Positions 11,681 through 25,570 of a stretch of 64,000 bases of DNA are shown piece by piece (within the stretch, counting starts at the first letter, position 1; every line of letters starts with the position of its first letter). Both the position numbers and the translations under genes were made by a program. The notes under the pieces were generated by a model, which made no database searches, was not told the origin of the DNA, and saw nothing but the letters and a program-made list of their open reading frames with translations. Origin of the DNA: Eledone cirrhosa (Eukaryota); contig OZ024741.1 in the NCBI GenBank assembly GCA_964016885.1, positions 167,896,001 to 167,960,000 on the forward strand, read 5' to 3'.

Positions 11681-12405
11681 TATATATATATATAATATAA
11701 AACGAAAAATCAGTGATGCATCTGAACTCAATTTATTGTGTGTTACAATTGTTTCGCCGGCGAACAGCTCGAGACGCGATCATTGTGTGGATCTGACTGA
11801 TACTGGACCCACAGGTTCGACGGACACGTCTAATGATTTCGGAGCATATTCTTACACTGGGGTATCTGACAGTACTCTCAAAAACTTCATCCTCTTCGCG
11901 CGTCCAGTGATTGGCCGCTGGTTGCCTACGTCACCATAAATACTTACCACAGTTATTATTTCGCTGTCACATGTCTGCCACGCTTCAATGAATTACTGCT
12001 GTGTTTGGTAGTCCACACATCTACGCGCGCACTCACACACAGAACCACACAGATACCGACAGTCGTACGCATACGCTCCCGCCATACCCATATACGCCAT
12101 ATATATATATATATATAGATATATATACATATATATGTATATCTATCTATCTATCTATATATAAATATATATATCAATCTAGCTGTCGTCTGTTCTACAG
12201 TGTGGATGTCATTCACTTCGCACAGAAGTTTTGTTCAAATTTATTGAGGAAATTTTGTGAGTTCAAACTTAATTTTGATACAATTGTGTAGCTTGACCCT
12301 CCGTCTGAACTGTCAGGCGGTGGGTCAGCTCATCTTTACCCCTCCTAGAGGTGAAAAACCTGTTTTAAAAAATTTTGTGTAAAAAATTTCAATCGTCTAA
12401 CAGAA

Positions 12406-14349
12406 ATGTTAAACGCAGCGAACGAAAATAGTGGTGGGGGGACAGCGGTAAGAGTTGTAAGCTCGCACGCTTTAGTCCTCCCTTCCTTCCCAACTAACGT
12501 CATAGAGAAGGAAGGAATAATTAAAATAAAAACAGACGAATCTGCGGAGAAAAAAAATGACGAAAACACAAATCTGGACATGGATTCCAACAACGAAAAA
12601 AAAAAATTTGAAAAATTGCATGACAATACTAATAACACAAACAAAGACACAACAAACACAAAAATAACATTTGAAAATAACACCATAACAGAAAGCAAAG
12701 CAGACAACAAGATTTCATTTGCACAGAAAACAAAGAAATCTTTGACTTATATAGCGGAAAATATTTCAGATGTGGCACGAAGGATCACAGACGCCAAACA
12801 ATACATAAGTGAAGGAGAGAATGGTATTTTATCGGTAAAAATGCCTCAAGAATTCACCAAAGACATTGAAAGCCGAACGGTCAAGTTTCGGACCATCAAC
12901 AACAGTACAAAAAAACCTGAACAGCCTTCTCAAGCAGATATCAAAACAGTACTCACAGAAGTACTTAATGAAACCACTTTCATAAGAAAAGACAGACTGT
13001 ATGGAAGCCTAGCAATTATCACGAAGAACGAATCGGCGGCAAAAAAATGTGCTTTGTCACCGATTCGTTCGAAAAATTTCACCTTTTATCCATCTTATAT
13101 GGGGAAAAGAACTCAACGCATATGGCTGGATGCAATGATGCCAGATGTGGACTACTGCTGGTTCATAGCTGGCTTCATCGATCCAGTGAATGACAACGTG
13201 ATTTCCATTGGGAAAACCACAGGCAATGCGTTCAGTGGAACAGGTATAGAGCTGGTAGTGCAAATGAAGCCTGAACGCATCTCCCAAATACCCAACAGAA
13301 TCCTATTAGAGGACCACGGGTATATAAACATTAGCGTGGAGGGGAGAAGGCCGTCCTGCCATATCTGTGCAGGCAGAGGGCACCTGAAGGCCGCTTGTCC
13401 CCAACTCAACAAAAAGAAAACCCTGCTACCAACACCAGCTCCACCACCACCACCACAACAGATAAACAAACAACAAAACTCAGTCCCACCCAACCCGTCC
13501 CTCAGTAAAACCACAACACCACCACAACACAAACAGTCACAACACATTACCCCAAAACAAAATACAGGCCCACCCAACCTCTCACTCAATAAAACAACAC
13601 AACCACCGCAGACACAACACACAACACAGTCTAACATAGTGACATCCATCTCCCCCACAAAGAAAACCAACACGGAAACATTACCAGCAAACATACCTCT
13701 TCCCTCCAACACTGAAGATAACTCAACGAATTCGGAGGAAGAAACGGAGTCCTTCAGACAGATTAAAAGGAAAAAAAGAAAACATGTGCAAAACACACAA
13801 GGCCAAACAACCCCCACCCAAATCTCAACACAATCCAACAAAACAGGAAACACCCCTCCAGCAACAAACAAAACCAAACCTGCCCCTCCCCTCTTCGAAA
13901 CACTCACACCATCCGAAAAAAAGACATTACACTATACTTACATCAACAGAAACAATAATAAATTAAATGAACTCATATACAATAATCCTTCGGTACAAAC
14001 CGAAGGTGAAAACTTTGTTTCGTCAGAAAACTACCCACATTTAAAATTAATAAAGATCCCAATGAACCTCTACCAAAAACTAAAAAAGGATTTTAAGGAG
14101 GACGTAGGACCACCCTCTGTCAAACCCATAAACCGCGTCCTACTAAAAAGCTTTCCCCCTCCCCTTCTCCTCCCCAACACAACTCCAAACACCCCAACCC
14201 CACCACACACTGACGACCCCACACCACCACAAGACACCCCTTCACCCAACACCCCGACCCCATGGAAGTTGTGCAACCCGAACCCCGGGAAGCGGAAAGG
14301 TAGGTCTCTACACTCTCCTTTGGCTCTGCCGCCCACATGGATGTGTTAA
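12406..14349 (+). CDS. LINE ORF1 (647 aa), CCHC zinc knuckle, P/T/Q-rich tail
   Basis: Uninterrupted ORF with CHICAGRGHLKAAC. Homologous to minus ORF 57660-58433 (FYPSYMGKR/FFPTYMGRR, VQMKPERI/VQMRPERV). Confidence 0.9.
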   Translation: MLNAANENSGGGTAVRVVSSHALVLPSFPTNVIEKEGIIKIKTDESAEKKNDENTNLDMDSNNEKKKFEKLHDNTNNTNKDTTNTKITFENNTITESKADNKISFAQKTKKSLTYIAENISDVARRITDAKQYISEGENGILSVKMPQEFTKDIESRTVKFRTINNSTKKPEQPSQADIKTVLTEVLNETTFIRKDRLYGSLAIITKNESAAKKCALSPIRSKNFTFYPSYMGKRTQRIWLDAMMPDVDYCWFIAGFIDPVNDNVISIGKTTGNAFSGTGIELVVQMKPERISQIPNRILLEDHGYINISVEGRRPSCHICAGRGHLKAACPQLNKKKTLLPTPAPPPPPQQINKQQNSVPPNPSLSKTTTPPQHKQSQHITPKQNTGPPNLSLNKTTQPPQTQHTTQSNIVTSISPTKKTNTETLPANIPLPSNTEDNSTNSEEETESFRQIKRKKRKHVQNTQGQTTPTQISTQSNKTGNTPPATNKTKPAPPLFETLTPSEKKTLHYTYINRNNNKLNELIYNNPSVQTEGENFVSSENYPHLKLIKIPMNLYQKLKKDFKEDVGPPSVKPINRVLLKSFPPPLLLPNTTPNTPTPPHTDDPTPPQDTPSPNTPTPWKLCNPNPGKRKGRSLHSPLALPPTWMC

Positions 14350-17300
14350 GAGTAGGATGTTTGAATGCACGTGGCCTGGGCTCAACTTGGAAGCAAGCAA
14401 AGCTTCTAAATGACCTCAGGTCATGTAGTATAAATGTAATGGTTATCTGTGAGACTCGAATCAGCGTCGTGCGGCAGCTGGCCCCCACCTTCGATGACTT
14501 TGAGGTGCATGCATCTCTCTGTCAACCTGGAGGTGGGGGTGGGGTTGTCGTACTGCTGCAAAAACACCTGGGTCTTGCCGTACAGGTTGTGCACTCGGAC
14601 CCGGAGGGTCGTTTGTTGGTGCTAGACGTTGGCAGTAGTGAAAGTGCGGCCTTGAGACTGGTCGCCGTCTACTCCCCTTTCGGAGCTAAACGGCCCGACT
14701 TCTTCCAGCGTTTGGAGACTTTTCTGGGAACGTCGCGTTCCCTGCTTCTAGCGGGGGATTGAAATGACATCCTGGATGCACGTTGGGACTATGCAGGAGC
14801 ATGTCCTAATAGAGGGGGGTGTAACAGCCTCAAGGGGTTACTCGACCGTTTTAACTTGGTCGATAGATATCGACTAGATTTTCCAACTGTGCCTACCTGG
14901 ACTTGGAGAAACCACAGTGGTCAATCTAGATCGTACTTAGATAGATTCTTAGTTAGAAGTAAGGATAGGGACATATTAAGCTGTCCAGAAATGCGCACGG
15001 TTGGCTACACGGATCACAAATTAGTGACCTGCGTGGTCAATCTCGAGAAAACACATAGAAAGGGTCCCGGTTACTGGAAACTTAATTTGTCTTTACCGGC
15101 AAAAGAGACTTACAGAAACCGGATTAGCAGATTAGTTAAGGAGAGGTTGACGGGTGCAATCGTCAACAACCGATGGTGGGCATCTCTCAAAAGAGAGATT
15201 AGAACAGAATCAATAAGTTATAGCAAGATGTTAGCTGCCGATAGGAATAGAAACGAGAAAGAATTAACAGGTAAATTAGAAGAGGCAATCAAGAGCGAAG
15301 ATGTGGCCAGAGTGCTGGCATCGAGGACGGCCTTGAACCAGTTTTTCGATGCAAAGCACGAAGGCTGCGTCATTCGAAGTAAAATACGTGCTCTAGGTAA
15401 TGAGGGGGCCAAAGCCGTTGGATGGGCCCGCGTGACAGAAGCTAAGAGTGGAAATCGATCCACCATCCGGTCGTTGCAAGACGAAGATGGACGGGTGATC
15501 CGGGAGCCTAAGCAGATGTGCGAGGCCTTTCAAAGGCACTTTGCCCGATTGTTAGGGGGAGGCGAGGGTCCGGGCGGGGGCGTGGATTTCGGTCCATACC
15601 TCGACGGCCTGCCGCGTCTCTCGAGCGAAGAGGCAGAGTCCTGCGAGGGACCAATCTCGGCTGATGAGATCGGAGATGCGCTGAGCCAATGCAGCAGACG
15701 CAAATCTCCAGGTCTCGATGGTATACCTTACGAACTTTATTTAGCAATGCCGGTCTTCTTCTCCGAACTCCTCGAAGCGGTCTACTGCAATTGGCAGCAG
15801 AACGGGAGAATTCCTTGTTCTGTAGCCAAGGGCGTAGTCACGCTGGTGAGGAAGGACGAGAACAAGGGGGATAGTATAAATAATTTTCGCCCCATAACCC
15901 TGCTAAACACAGAGTTAAAGATTTTGGCCAAGGTGTTAGCAAAGAGGTTGGCGCTTGTCGTGGGTGGCCTGGTGGGAGATGCGCAGACATGTGCTATCCC
16001 ATCCAGGTCCATTCACGATAACCTCCACCTCATGCGATACATCATAGAGAGGGTTGGCAACAAACCCGGCTTCGGTGGGGCCCTGATCAACTTGGATCAG
16101 TCTAAGGCCTTCGATAGGGTCGACCATGGTTACCTGGATGCGGTGCTAGCGGCGGCTGGGTTCGGTCCTGTTTTCAGAGGCTGGATAACTGCCTTACATA
16201 GCAACCACATCTGTTCTAGGATCAAGGTGAACGGCTACCTTTCGAAGCCGTTCGAAATCACACGATCCATTCGACAGGGGTGCCCTCTCTCCTCCCTTCT
16301 GTACGTATTGACTCTCGAGCCTTTACTGAGGAAGTTGGAGTTGTTGCAGGGTATCCCCCTGGAACCAGGATTGAGCAAAGCGGTGTCAGCCTACGCCGAT
16401 GACGTAACAGTAATGGTATCGACCGACTCGGAGATCGAGGCGATCCGTACCTTACTGGAGGAGTACGAAAGGTTGTCAGGAGCGAAACTGAACCGGGAAA
16501 AATCCATCGGGCTGCAACTCGGAACGTGGAGAGGCAGACCGATGCCTCCTGACGGTGTTGTCGGACACTGGACGGAGGGCCCGGTAAAGTTGCTTGGGGT
16601 CTGGTTTGGACCGGACCTCCAGGTGGAAAAGAACTGGAACGAGGTTACGAACAAGGTGTTTGCACTAACCCAGAAATGGGCCAAGTGTAAGCTGTCCCTA
16701 AAAGGCCGGGCGGAGGTGGCGAACATTTACATAGCGTCCGTCACTTACTACCGCCTGACTGTCGTGCCTTGCCCTAAGGAAACACTCACCACCATGGAAC
16801 GCATGCTCTTCCAATTTCTTTGGAAGAAGCGCCCTCCTATGGTGAGAAGATCCATCTGCTGCCAACAACCTTCGAAAGGAGGGCTGGGGATGCCGTGGTT
16901 GATGATGCGTAGGCACGCATTAAGGCTACGGCACCTACAGGTATTCCTCACTGGTCAACCGGTGTGGGCTCCGTTCGTGAAACGAGCCTTTCCGAGACTC
17001 GTCTCGCTCACCGAGCTACAGTCCTGGGTCAAGCAAAGATCCGGAAAACTGGGAGACTGGCACACTGAGTGTGCTCAGGCGCTCAGGGCTCTCTGGCAAG
17101 CGGGCCAGGCCATCGGTGGAGAATCCACCTCATCATTCTATAGAGGGCTGGTGGCTAGCAGGGGCGATGACACCCTTGGAGAGTCGCTGGACATGGAAGA
17201 AGACGAACTGGCCAGCCTGTTCGGTAGGACTTTCGGCCCAGGACCAATGGACAACTTCCAGAAGTCACTGGCCTGGCAGTGCTACCGGGGGGCTCTACCC

Positions 17301-17774
17301 GTTCGAGAGAGGCTCTACAGACACGGGCGCCCGGGCAGGGATCCCTCAAAAAAGATTTACCCTAGATGCGTGCGTCACGAAGAAACCGTTGCGCACGCAT
17401 TGGTGCAATGTCCGGGCGTGGCTGATCTGTGGGGCTACGCCGAACGACTGCTGTCGCGGGTGGCGCCGATTAAATTGACCGCCGAGTCCGTGATGACAAT
17501 CAAACTGCCTCCCCTCTTCACAAAGGAAGCAAAGGCGGTTTTTCTGTGCGTAATAGCCATGTTGAAAGAGGTTGTTTGGTGGACACGATTGAAAGGTCTG
17601 AGGTCAGGCAACTTCCTCTCTGGCCATAGTCTGGTCTACTTCTTCCGATATCACTTCGGAAGAAGGATAAGAATAGAGAGAGAGGTGTTTGGCCACAGGC
17701 AGTTTTATGAAAGCTGGGTGATAGTGGCGAGAATGGCTCGTGTAAATGGGCCTTCTCTGTATACCATCCTGTAG
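14337..17774 (+). pseudogene. LINE ORF2 (APE endonuclease, RT, zf-RVT) with one in-frame TGA at 14760-14762
   Basis: ORFs 14337-14762 and 14856-17774 are in the same frame. Motifs LNARGL, ICETR, VAVYSP, AGD*ND, YLDRFLV, TDHK, GYWKLN, KSPGLDG, NFRPITLLN, DQSKAFDRV, RQGCPLS, YADD. Confidence 0.92.
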
Positions 17775-18090
17775 GTAAAGAAGTAAAGGAGAGGGGAGCA
17801 CCTTCTCCATGTGCTCCCCGGGCAAAGGATTGCACACTTTTTCGGGGGTGTGTGCAACCCCCATCACGTCCCCTCCCTTTTGAGGTTATTTTCGATTATT
17901 TTCATGTTACACCCTTTTTTACTCGATTATATGTAAACTCCCCCTTTGTATTTGTCCCTTCTTTTTATGCCTTTATGGTAAATAAAGAAATCTATCTATA
18001 TATATATATAGAGAGAGAGAGTGATACATACAGCTTAAGAGTGGGAATTGTCCTTATGTTTGTGTTTCTCTTACGTTTTCTCTCTCTCTC

Positions 18091-18700
<610 letters not shown>

Positions 18701-19695
18701 CAGATACACAAAAATACATACACACATACACACTGATATATTCTTCCTACACGCACACACATAGTCTACACATTGACACACACACAATGTGACACAAGCA
18801 CTTATTTACTGAAATGAGTAGACACAGAAGAATGCTTATGCATATAATATATGCACATGCAGATGCACAAACTTATATAAGATGTGCAAACACAAATATT
18901 TGCACACATAGTCATTAAGATATAGGCAAATACACAGAAAAATATGCTCAGACACTTACACATACAGACACACAGGTGCACATTCAGATACACATGTACA
19001 CATGCAGAAATACACATGTACACATACAGACACATGTACAGAGACCCTCATAAATGCACATACCCAAGCACACATGAACGCATGCACAGATAGAACCAAA
19101 TCCACACACCGAAACAAGAAACACACACATACACAAACACGCACATGCAGATGCAAGCACTCAAACATTATACAGTTACATACACATATATGTACACATG
19201 TACACACACACATACACACACACACATTCACAAAAATACAAAGCCTCATACACAGACACACAGATGCACACACAAACGCATACACATATACACACACAGA
19301 CACATACACATATACACACACAAGCATACAAATACACAGGTATAGACCTCTACACACATACACACAAAAACCATATACACAGACTTTAAGAGAATAGAGA
19401 ATAAAATTTTCATTGGGAATGTGTGGGAGGAGATTCACTTTAATAACTCATTATAATAGATTGCAATTAATGGCGAGTAAATGTTTAACAGCTCATGAAT
19501 ACAGACACAAACACAGGCATGTACACATAAATACACAACGCACAGAGACAAACTACTCATGCACCACACACATATATATATATTTAATATTAGAATTTGT
19601 GTTAAAAATACCATAGTATTTAAATAATAGAATTTCTGTTAAAAATTGAATGAGCATTCAATACTGGTGGGTAGAGTGTATAAATTAATTTCCTA

Positions 19696-19797
19696 AGTAA
19701 AAAGGTGGCAGTGACTTCAAATTTCAGCTTGTTCACTTCATCTGGTTGCCAGATGAAGTGAACAAGCTGAAACTTTGAAGTCACCACCACTTTACTA
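19696..19797. repeat. Hairpin (about 50-bp arms, 3-nt loop) containing a hammerhead-like remnant
   Basis: ...cttcatctgg TTG ccagatgaag...; the right arm reads CAGATGA-agt(gaacaa)gct-GAAAC-tttgaa-GTC. Confidence 0.8.
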
Positions 19798-19806
19798 TTT
19801 TGAATA

Positions 19807-22800
19807 TCTATATATTAATTTGAACAACGTCAGTATTCCGTGTGTCATAATTCTCGATTATCATTGGTTCATAGGTTTCAAACGACTCCGCCCACCTCAA
19901 CGACGCCAAACTTAAATTAATACGCATAATGCCAATGAGGGAGTGAGAGGGGAGAGTAGGAAACAATGAACGCAAAGTGAACGCTGTAACTATTACCATG
20001 TGTGCGTGTGTAAGTGCACGGGTGCGTGTGTAAGTTTGCGTGCGTGTACGCGTTTCCATGCGTGTATGTGTGTGTGTATGTGGGGCGTTCCACAATCGCC
20101 ACGCAGTTTTTCTGTCTGTGTGTCTATCTGTCAGTCTAACATAGACAGAGTTGTGAAGGGAGTAAATAGGGACCTTTTTTTACATTGACAGACATATTTT
20201 ATATTTATTATTGTGTCATTTTTTGACAATTGCTCGAAATGAATACTGATAATAAAAGCAATTCGACTTTATCAAACAGTGAACTACAGCGGCGACGGCG
20301 TGCAGCCAGGAATGAAGAAAAACGGGGCCAACAGCACCATCGGAACGCCGAACTTCAGAGGCGAAGACGTGCCGCCATGAATGAAGAGGAGCTGGCTGAA
20401 CAACGACAACGAAACACTGGAGCCAAGCGGCGACGGCGTGTTGCAATGGTTGAAGACGAACTGGCTGAACATCATCTTTTATATTAATTATATATATCTA
20501 TATCTATATCTATATCTACATATAATATAAAAGATTGGAACTTCCATCATCCTTTTGAGAAACGTGTAACAACCACGTCTATGCAATGATACACGTTTTA
20601 CAGTCAGGCAGAAGATGAACCATCTCCTAGAGGTCACTATTCTAGGTGGGAGCACCTAGAATTGTTCATATACTATGTACTTCGCACATGAAGGATCGTA
20701 GACTGGAGGTATTAGTGGGGCATCAGACAAAATACTTTGTGATATTTAGTTACAAATTTCTACATTCAGAGTTCAAATCCTGCCGAAGTCAACTTTGCCT
20801 TTCATCCTTCTGAGGTCAATAAAACAAAGTACTCGGTTGATATAATCGACTTTCTCCTTCCTCCAAATTGCTTCCCTCTTGTTTATTTATTAATTTGAAG
20901 AACGTCAGTATTTGTGTGTCATAATTCACGATTATCATTGGTTCATAGGTTTCAAACGACTCCGCCCACCTCAACGACGCCAAACTTAAATTAAAATGCA
21001 TAATGCCAATGGGGGAGTGAGAGGGGAGAGTATGAACGCTGTGTTCAATAACTATTAACATGTGTGCGTGTGTATGTACGTGCGCGTATGTTTATGTGTG
21101 TGTGCGTGCGTGCAGCGTTCTACAGAAAGTAAAAACTATCAACATGTGTGAGTGTGTGCGTGTGTAAGTTTGCGTGCGTGTGTAAGTTTGCGTGCGTGTG
21201 TAAGTTTGCGTACGTGTGTAAGTTTGCGTGCGTGTGCGCGTTTCCATGCGTGTATGTGTGTGGCGTTCCACAATCGCCACGCCGTTTATCTGTCTGTGTG
21301 CCTGTCTGTTAGTCTAACATACACAGAGTTGTGAAGGGAGTAAATAGGGACCTTTCTTTACATTGCCGAACATCTTTTATATTTATTATTGTGTCATTTT
21401 TTGACAATTGCTCGAAATGAATACTGATAATGAAAGTAATTCGACTTTATCAAACAGTCAACTACAGCGGCGACGGCGTGCAGCCAGGAAAGAAGAAAAA
21501 CGGGCCGAACGGCGCCATCGGAACGCCGAACATCAGAGGCAAAGACGAACCGCCATGAATGAAGAGGAGCTGTCTGAACAACGCCAACTAAACACTGGAG
21601 CCAAGCAGAGACGGCGTGCTGTGATGGTTGAAGACGAACTGGCTGACCATCATCAGCAGATGGCCAGAATTCAGCAGCAACGGCGTGCTGCGATGGATGA
21701 AGAGGAGCTGACTGAACAGCGCCAGCGCAATACAGAAGTTCAGAGAATGTGTCGCCAAAATGCTCCTCATTCCAGTAAAGAGGCTAGAAGGCGAACGAAT
21801 GATATTAAAAATGGATCATGGCAACCGTGACATTTTCAGATTGGTGGACGAGCAGAGTGTCCACATTGTGGAGCATTGCTTTGGAGGCATGAAAAGACGT
21901 GGACCACAATGTACTGTCATAAAGGAGCAGTTAAACTAGAACCCTTGCGAATGCCGGATGATGAGGAGTCACCGGAGTTTAAAATACTAAGTATGGGGGG
22001 TGATCAAGGAGACTGAGGTAGATTACTGTGCAAATATTCGCGGTAAATTAACAATTCATTAGCTTTAGCATCGCAGAGAGTTAGTGAGATGTTTGAGAGT
22101 GGAGCATGGCAACCGAATGTAGTCATTCAAGGCCGTTTGTATCATTGTATCGGTAATTTAGAAGTTACCCCAGGAGAGAGGCCTCGATTCGCTCAAATTT
22201 ACGTTAACGATCCAGATTATAGTGAATCGGAGGAGGATATCAGGATCGGTTGGATGAAGTTACCGGGAAATATAACTGAACTTGAACGGCAAAGGTTAAA
22301 TGATTTGATCCGTGATTTGCAATCATGGCTTAGACAGTGTAATCCTTATGTTATGGATTTCATGTTGGTGGTTGAACTGCAAAATGTTCAGCAGCAAACA
22401 TTGGTGATTAAGGCTGACGAAGTGCCAAGGAATCAACACGAACGGCGATATAATGCCCCTGAAGGATTTCGTGAAGTTGCTGTGTTGATGGACAATAAGC
22501 CTGGATCGAGAGATATCGTCCTCAATCGAAGAGATCGTGGTCAATGAGTCAAATAGGGCATACGATCCATTGCATTATGTTCTTTTATTCCCAAAAGGTG
22601 AAAATGGATGGAACATTTAGATGATCATGAGAATCAGCATCAACAGGGAGGTGGCAATAGACACAATAATTCGATTCGCGACTTTTACGCGTTCCATTTG
22701 AACGAGAGGAATCAACAGAGAAATGCACTATTTCAAGCCAGCAGATTGTTCCAGGAATACTGTTGTATGGCATTCGCAAAGATCGAAAATCAACGGCTAA

Positions 22801-23900
22801 ATTATATAGCTACACATCAGCAACACATCAGATCTAAATTGTATAATAATATACAGGATGCCATAACAGCCGATGATGCCAATTACAAGCAAATTGGTCG
22901 ACGCGTCGTTCATCGGCGACCCGAGATATATGAACATTCGCTATCAGGATGCAATGGCTATTGTCAGAAAGTTTGGAAAGCCAGATTTGTTTATAACGGT
23001 TACATGCAATCCTGAATGGACTGATATTAAGGATGCACTTTTGCCAGGACAACAGCCAAAGGACCCTCCTGATATTGTGGCAAGAGTATTCAAAGGATAT
23101 CTGAAAAAGGTAATGGATGATGTGGAAAAAGAGGGAATCTTTGGAGGTATAGTTGCTTTTACATACGTAATTGAATTCCAAAAAAGAGGATTGCCACATG
23201 CACATTTGCTGATCATTTTACATAGAGATTGCAAATTGAGATGTGCTGAGGATGTAGACAGCGTTGTGTGTACTGATCTGCCGGAGAACGAGGCACTACG
23301 CAATTTAGTGGCAAAGTCAATGGTGCACAACCAGTGCGGAGTGGCAAATCGGAAAGCGCCTTGCATGAAAAATGGCCAATGCAGTAAGCACTTTCCGAAA
23401 TCTTTTGTCGAACACTTCCTGGAACGATGGGGATGCTCATCCCTCATACAGAAGACGGTCGCCTGAAGATGGCGGTTTGGTCGAAAATGTAAACGGTCGA
23501 CAGGTTACAAATCAATGGGTTGTGCCATACAATCCATATCGTTGTCATATTAATGTGGAAATGTGTAGCTCAGTGAAAGCTTGCAAATATCTATTCAAAT
23601 ATGTTTACAAAGGTCATGATCGGGCAATGATCAATGTCAGGAATGAGGAAGCGAACCAAGGAGATGAAATTGGCAGGTTCCAGGATGTTCGCTCGATTGG
23701 ATCTAGCGAAGCTTGCTGGAGACTGTTCGATTTTGATCTCAATGAACGCAAACCCAGCGTTCAGAAACTGACGGTTCACTTAGAGAATAGGCAAATGGTC
23801 TGTTTTCAGGACACTAGAAGAGGTGTCGAAAGAATTGCTAACGCACCACCTCCTAAGACGGAATTAACTGAGTAGTTCAAGCATAATAGGGAACATGCTT
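19807..23900 (+). mobile_element. Autonomous-type Helitron, 5' part only (5' region duplicated, helicase lost)
   Basis: A|TC start at 19807, direct repeat 19812-20475 vs 20888-21650, and Rep coding fragments downstream. Confidence 0.85.
21411..23875 (+). pseudogene. Helitron RepHel N-terminus and Rep (HUH) domain, multiple frameshifts/stops
   Basis: CPHCGALLW zinc finger (about 21858), IQGRLYHCIG..PRFAQIY, YQDAMAIVRKFGKPDLFITVTCNPEW (motif 1), VIEFQKRGLPHAHLL (HUH), KYLFKYVYKG (motif 3), SEACWRLF. Confidence 0.92.
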
Positions 23901-23919
23901 TGAACCCGGATCAAAGGCA

Positions 23920-24328
23920 ACTCTGCCTTGATAAGAATTTAGTATATAAATGTACCATTAAAGCAAATAATAATATTACCTATAACTACATAGGTGCAAC
24001 TTCATCGAACTTTAAACTGATATTTTCCAATTATAAACATTCTTTTTCTAGTCCGGATAAGACATTTACTACTTCTTTATCACAATTATTCTGGTCTTTA
24101 AAAGAGAAAAATATAAAATACTCAATATTTTGGTCTAAACTTCGGAACTGTGAAGTTTATCGGAATAACTCTATCTCACCTAACTGCAATCTTTGCAATA
24201 CTGAGACTCTATTAATAATTGCTAACTATGGTAATTTAATTAATAAGAAAAGTGAATTATTCTCAAATTGCCTCCATAAATCTGCATCGACATTTCCAGC
24301 ATCATATAAAATTAGGAAAAAACATTGA
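23920..24328 (+). pseudogene. PLE-type GIY-YIG endonuclease (C-terminal CxLC..LINKKSE..CxH tail, Naiad-like)
   Basis: LVYKCTI...YIGATSSNFK..TSLSQLFWSLK..CNLCNTE..LINKKSELFSNCLH. The usual catalytic Arg after FK appears to be replaced. Confidence 0.8.
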
Positions 24329-24619
24329 CTGAGTGAGAAAATATATTGACTCTTATTAATAATTCTTGTAATGTTTTTAATATTGCTATTATTGATATTG
24401 TGTATAATGTTTCTACCTAACCTTAGGAAATATATACCTACTCTTTTAAAGAGTATATAATCTCTTGATTGTTTAAATACCTTTAGTTTTAATTTAGAAT
24501 TTTTTAAATCCTGTATTTTATAAATTTAATATCTGTAATATCTTCAGACTCTTAAACCGTTTAATTAATTTAAATGTTTGAATACGTCGTACGAAGATAT
24601 TGTTTACATTTATCGTATA

Positions 24620-25570
24620 CTAGCAGTAAAGCCCGGCGTTGCTCGGGGTCGCTCAGTAGCTGTGTTAAAGTTACAATGTTAAGTTTCTTTCTTGGCTTAA
24701 AAACTGTAGTGTCTACTGTGCAGACTTGCATGTGGTGTTTTTGATTAATATTCCCTCAACCAACAATATGCCTTATGAAGTTAAGAAAACATAACGATAA
24801 CCCGAATGTTATAACAAAAGAGGATGCTGGGGATAGAAACTGCACTGGTTATTTATTAACAAAGATCGAAAATGTAAACACTGCAACGCAGAGAAAAACA
24901 TTAGCGTAACCAAATTATCAGTTATGTCTGTCTGCACGTCTATATCACCTCTCTGCACGACTGTCTGTCTGCACGCCTATATCACCTCTCTGCATGACTG
25001 TCTGTCTGCACGCCTATATCACCTCTCTGCACGACTGTCTGTCTGCACGCCTATATCACCTCTCTGCACGACTATCTGTCTGCACGCGTATATCACCTCT
25101 CTGCACGACTATCTGTCTGCACGACTGTCTGTCTGCACGCCTAACGACGAAATATTTGCTTGTTTTACGTAGTCTTTAAATAGACTTGTTTTCAAGTAAA
25201 AATATTGTTTTAAAATGCTTTTAAATGGAAATGAAGCAAAACGGAAGCTTAGTGTTCGAACTGATGAATTTTGCAGGTCAATATTTTGCTGGCTCGACAA
25301 CTGTTAAAGCCAGCGTAATTTTTTACGTAAGACGCTCAATGTAAACAGAACAAAGGGAAATAACTGATAACTTACGCTCAAAAATCGATACATTATATTC
25401 GATTTCGTCACATAGGGTGGGTCAATTTGAAATATTTTTTTTCCGATGTCTTCGCTAGGGCTCAATGTACAAGTATAGCAATTTCGGTGCAATTCCGTGA
25501 GAGATTCTAAGAGGAGATGTGTGCCAAAAATCGATAGACAGACAGACAACCACAGTTTTATATATATAGA
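24620..25570 (-). mobile_element. Non-autonomous Helitron, copy 1
   Basis: On the minus strand: A|TCTATATATATAAAA 5' end, subterminal hairpin cccgagcaacgccggg, CTAG|T 3' end, no TSD. Confidence 0.88.
24925..25142. repeat. 37-bp minisatellite inside Helitron copy 1
   Basis: (ctgtctgtctgcacgcctatatcacctctctgcacga) about x5; only about 1.5 units in copy 2. Confidence 0.9.

Larger units (their letters stand above)
12176..18000 (+). mobile_element. Full-length L1/Tx1-clade LINE (about 5.8 kb), nearly intact
   Basis: 5' UTR, ORF1 with CCHC knuckle, overlapping APE-RT-zinc-finger ORF2, 3' UTR ending AATAAAGAAATCTATCTA; embedded in TA/TATC repeats. Confidence 0.93.

Noticed and set aside
11730-11830. 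Minus-strand GAAACAATTGTA looks like the 3' half of a hammerhead
   Set aside because: No acceptable CUGAnGA/UUGAnAA core or stem II found upstream on that strand.
13152-13907. Antisense ORFs overlapping LINE and Helitron coding regions
   Set aside because: Shadow ORFs caused by the compositional bias of the sense-strand genes.
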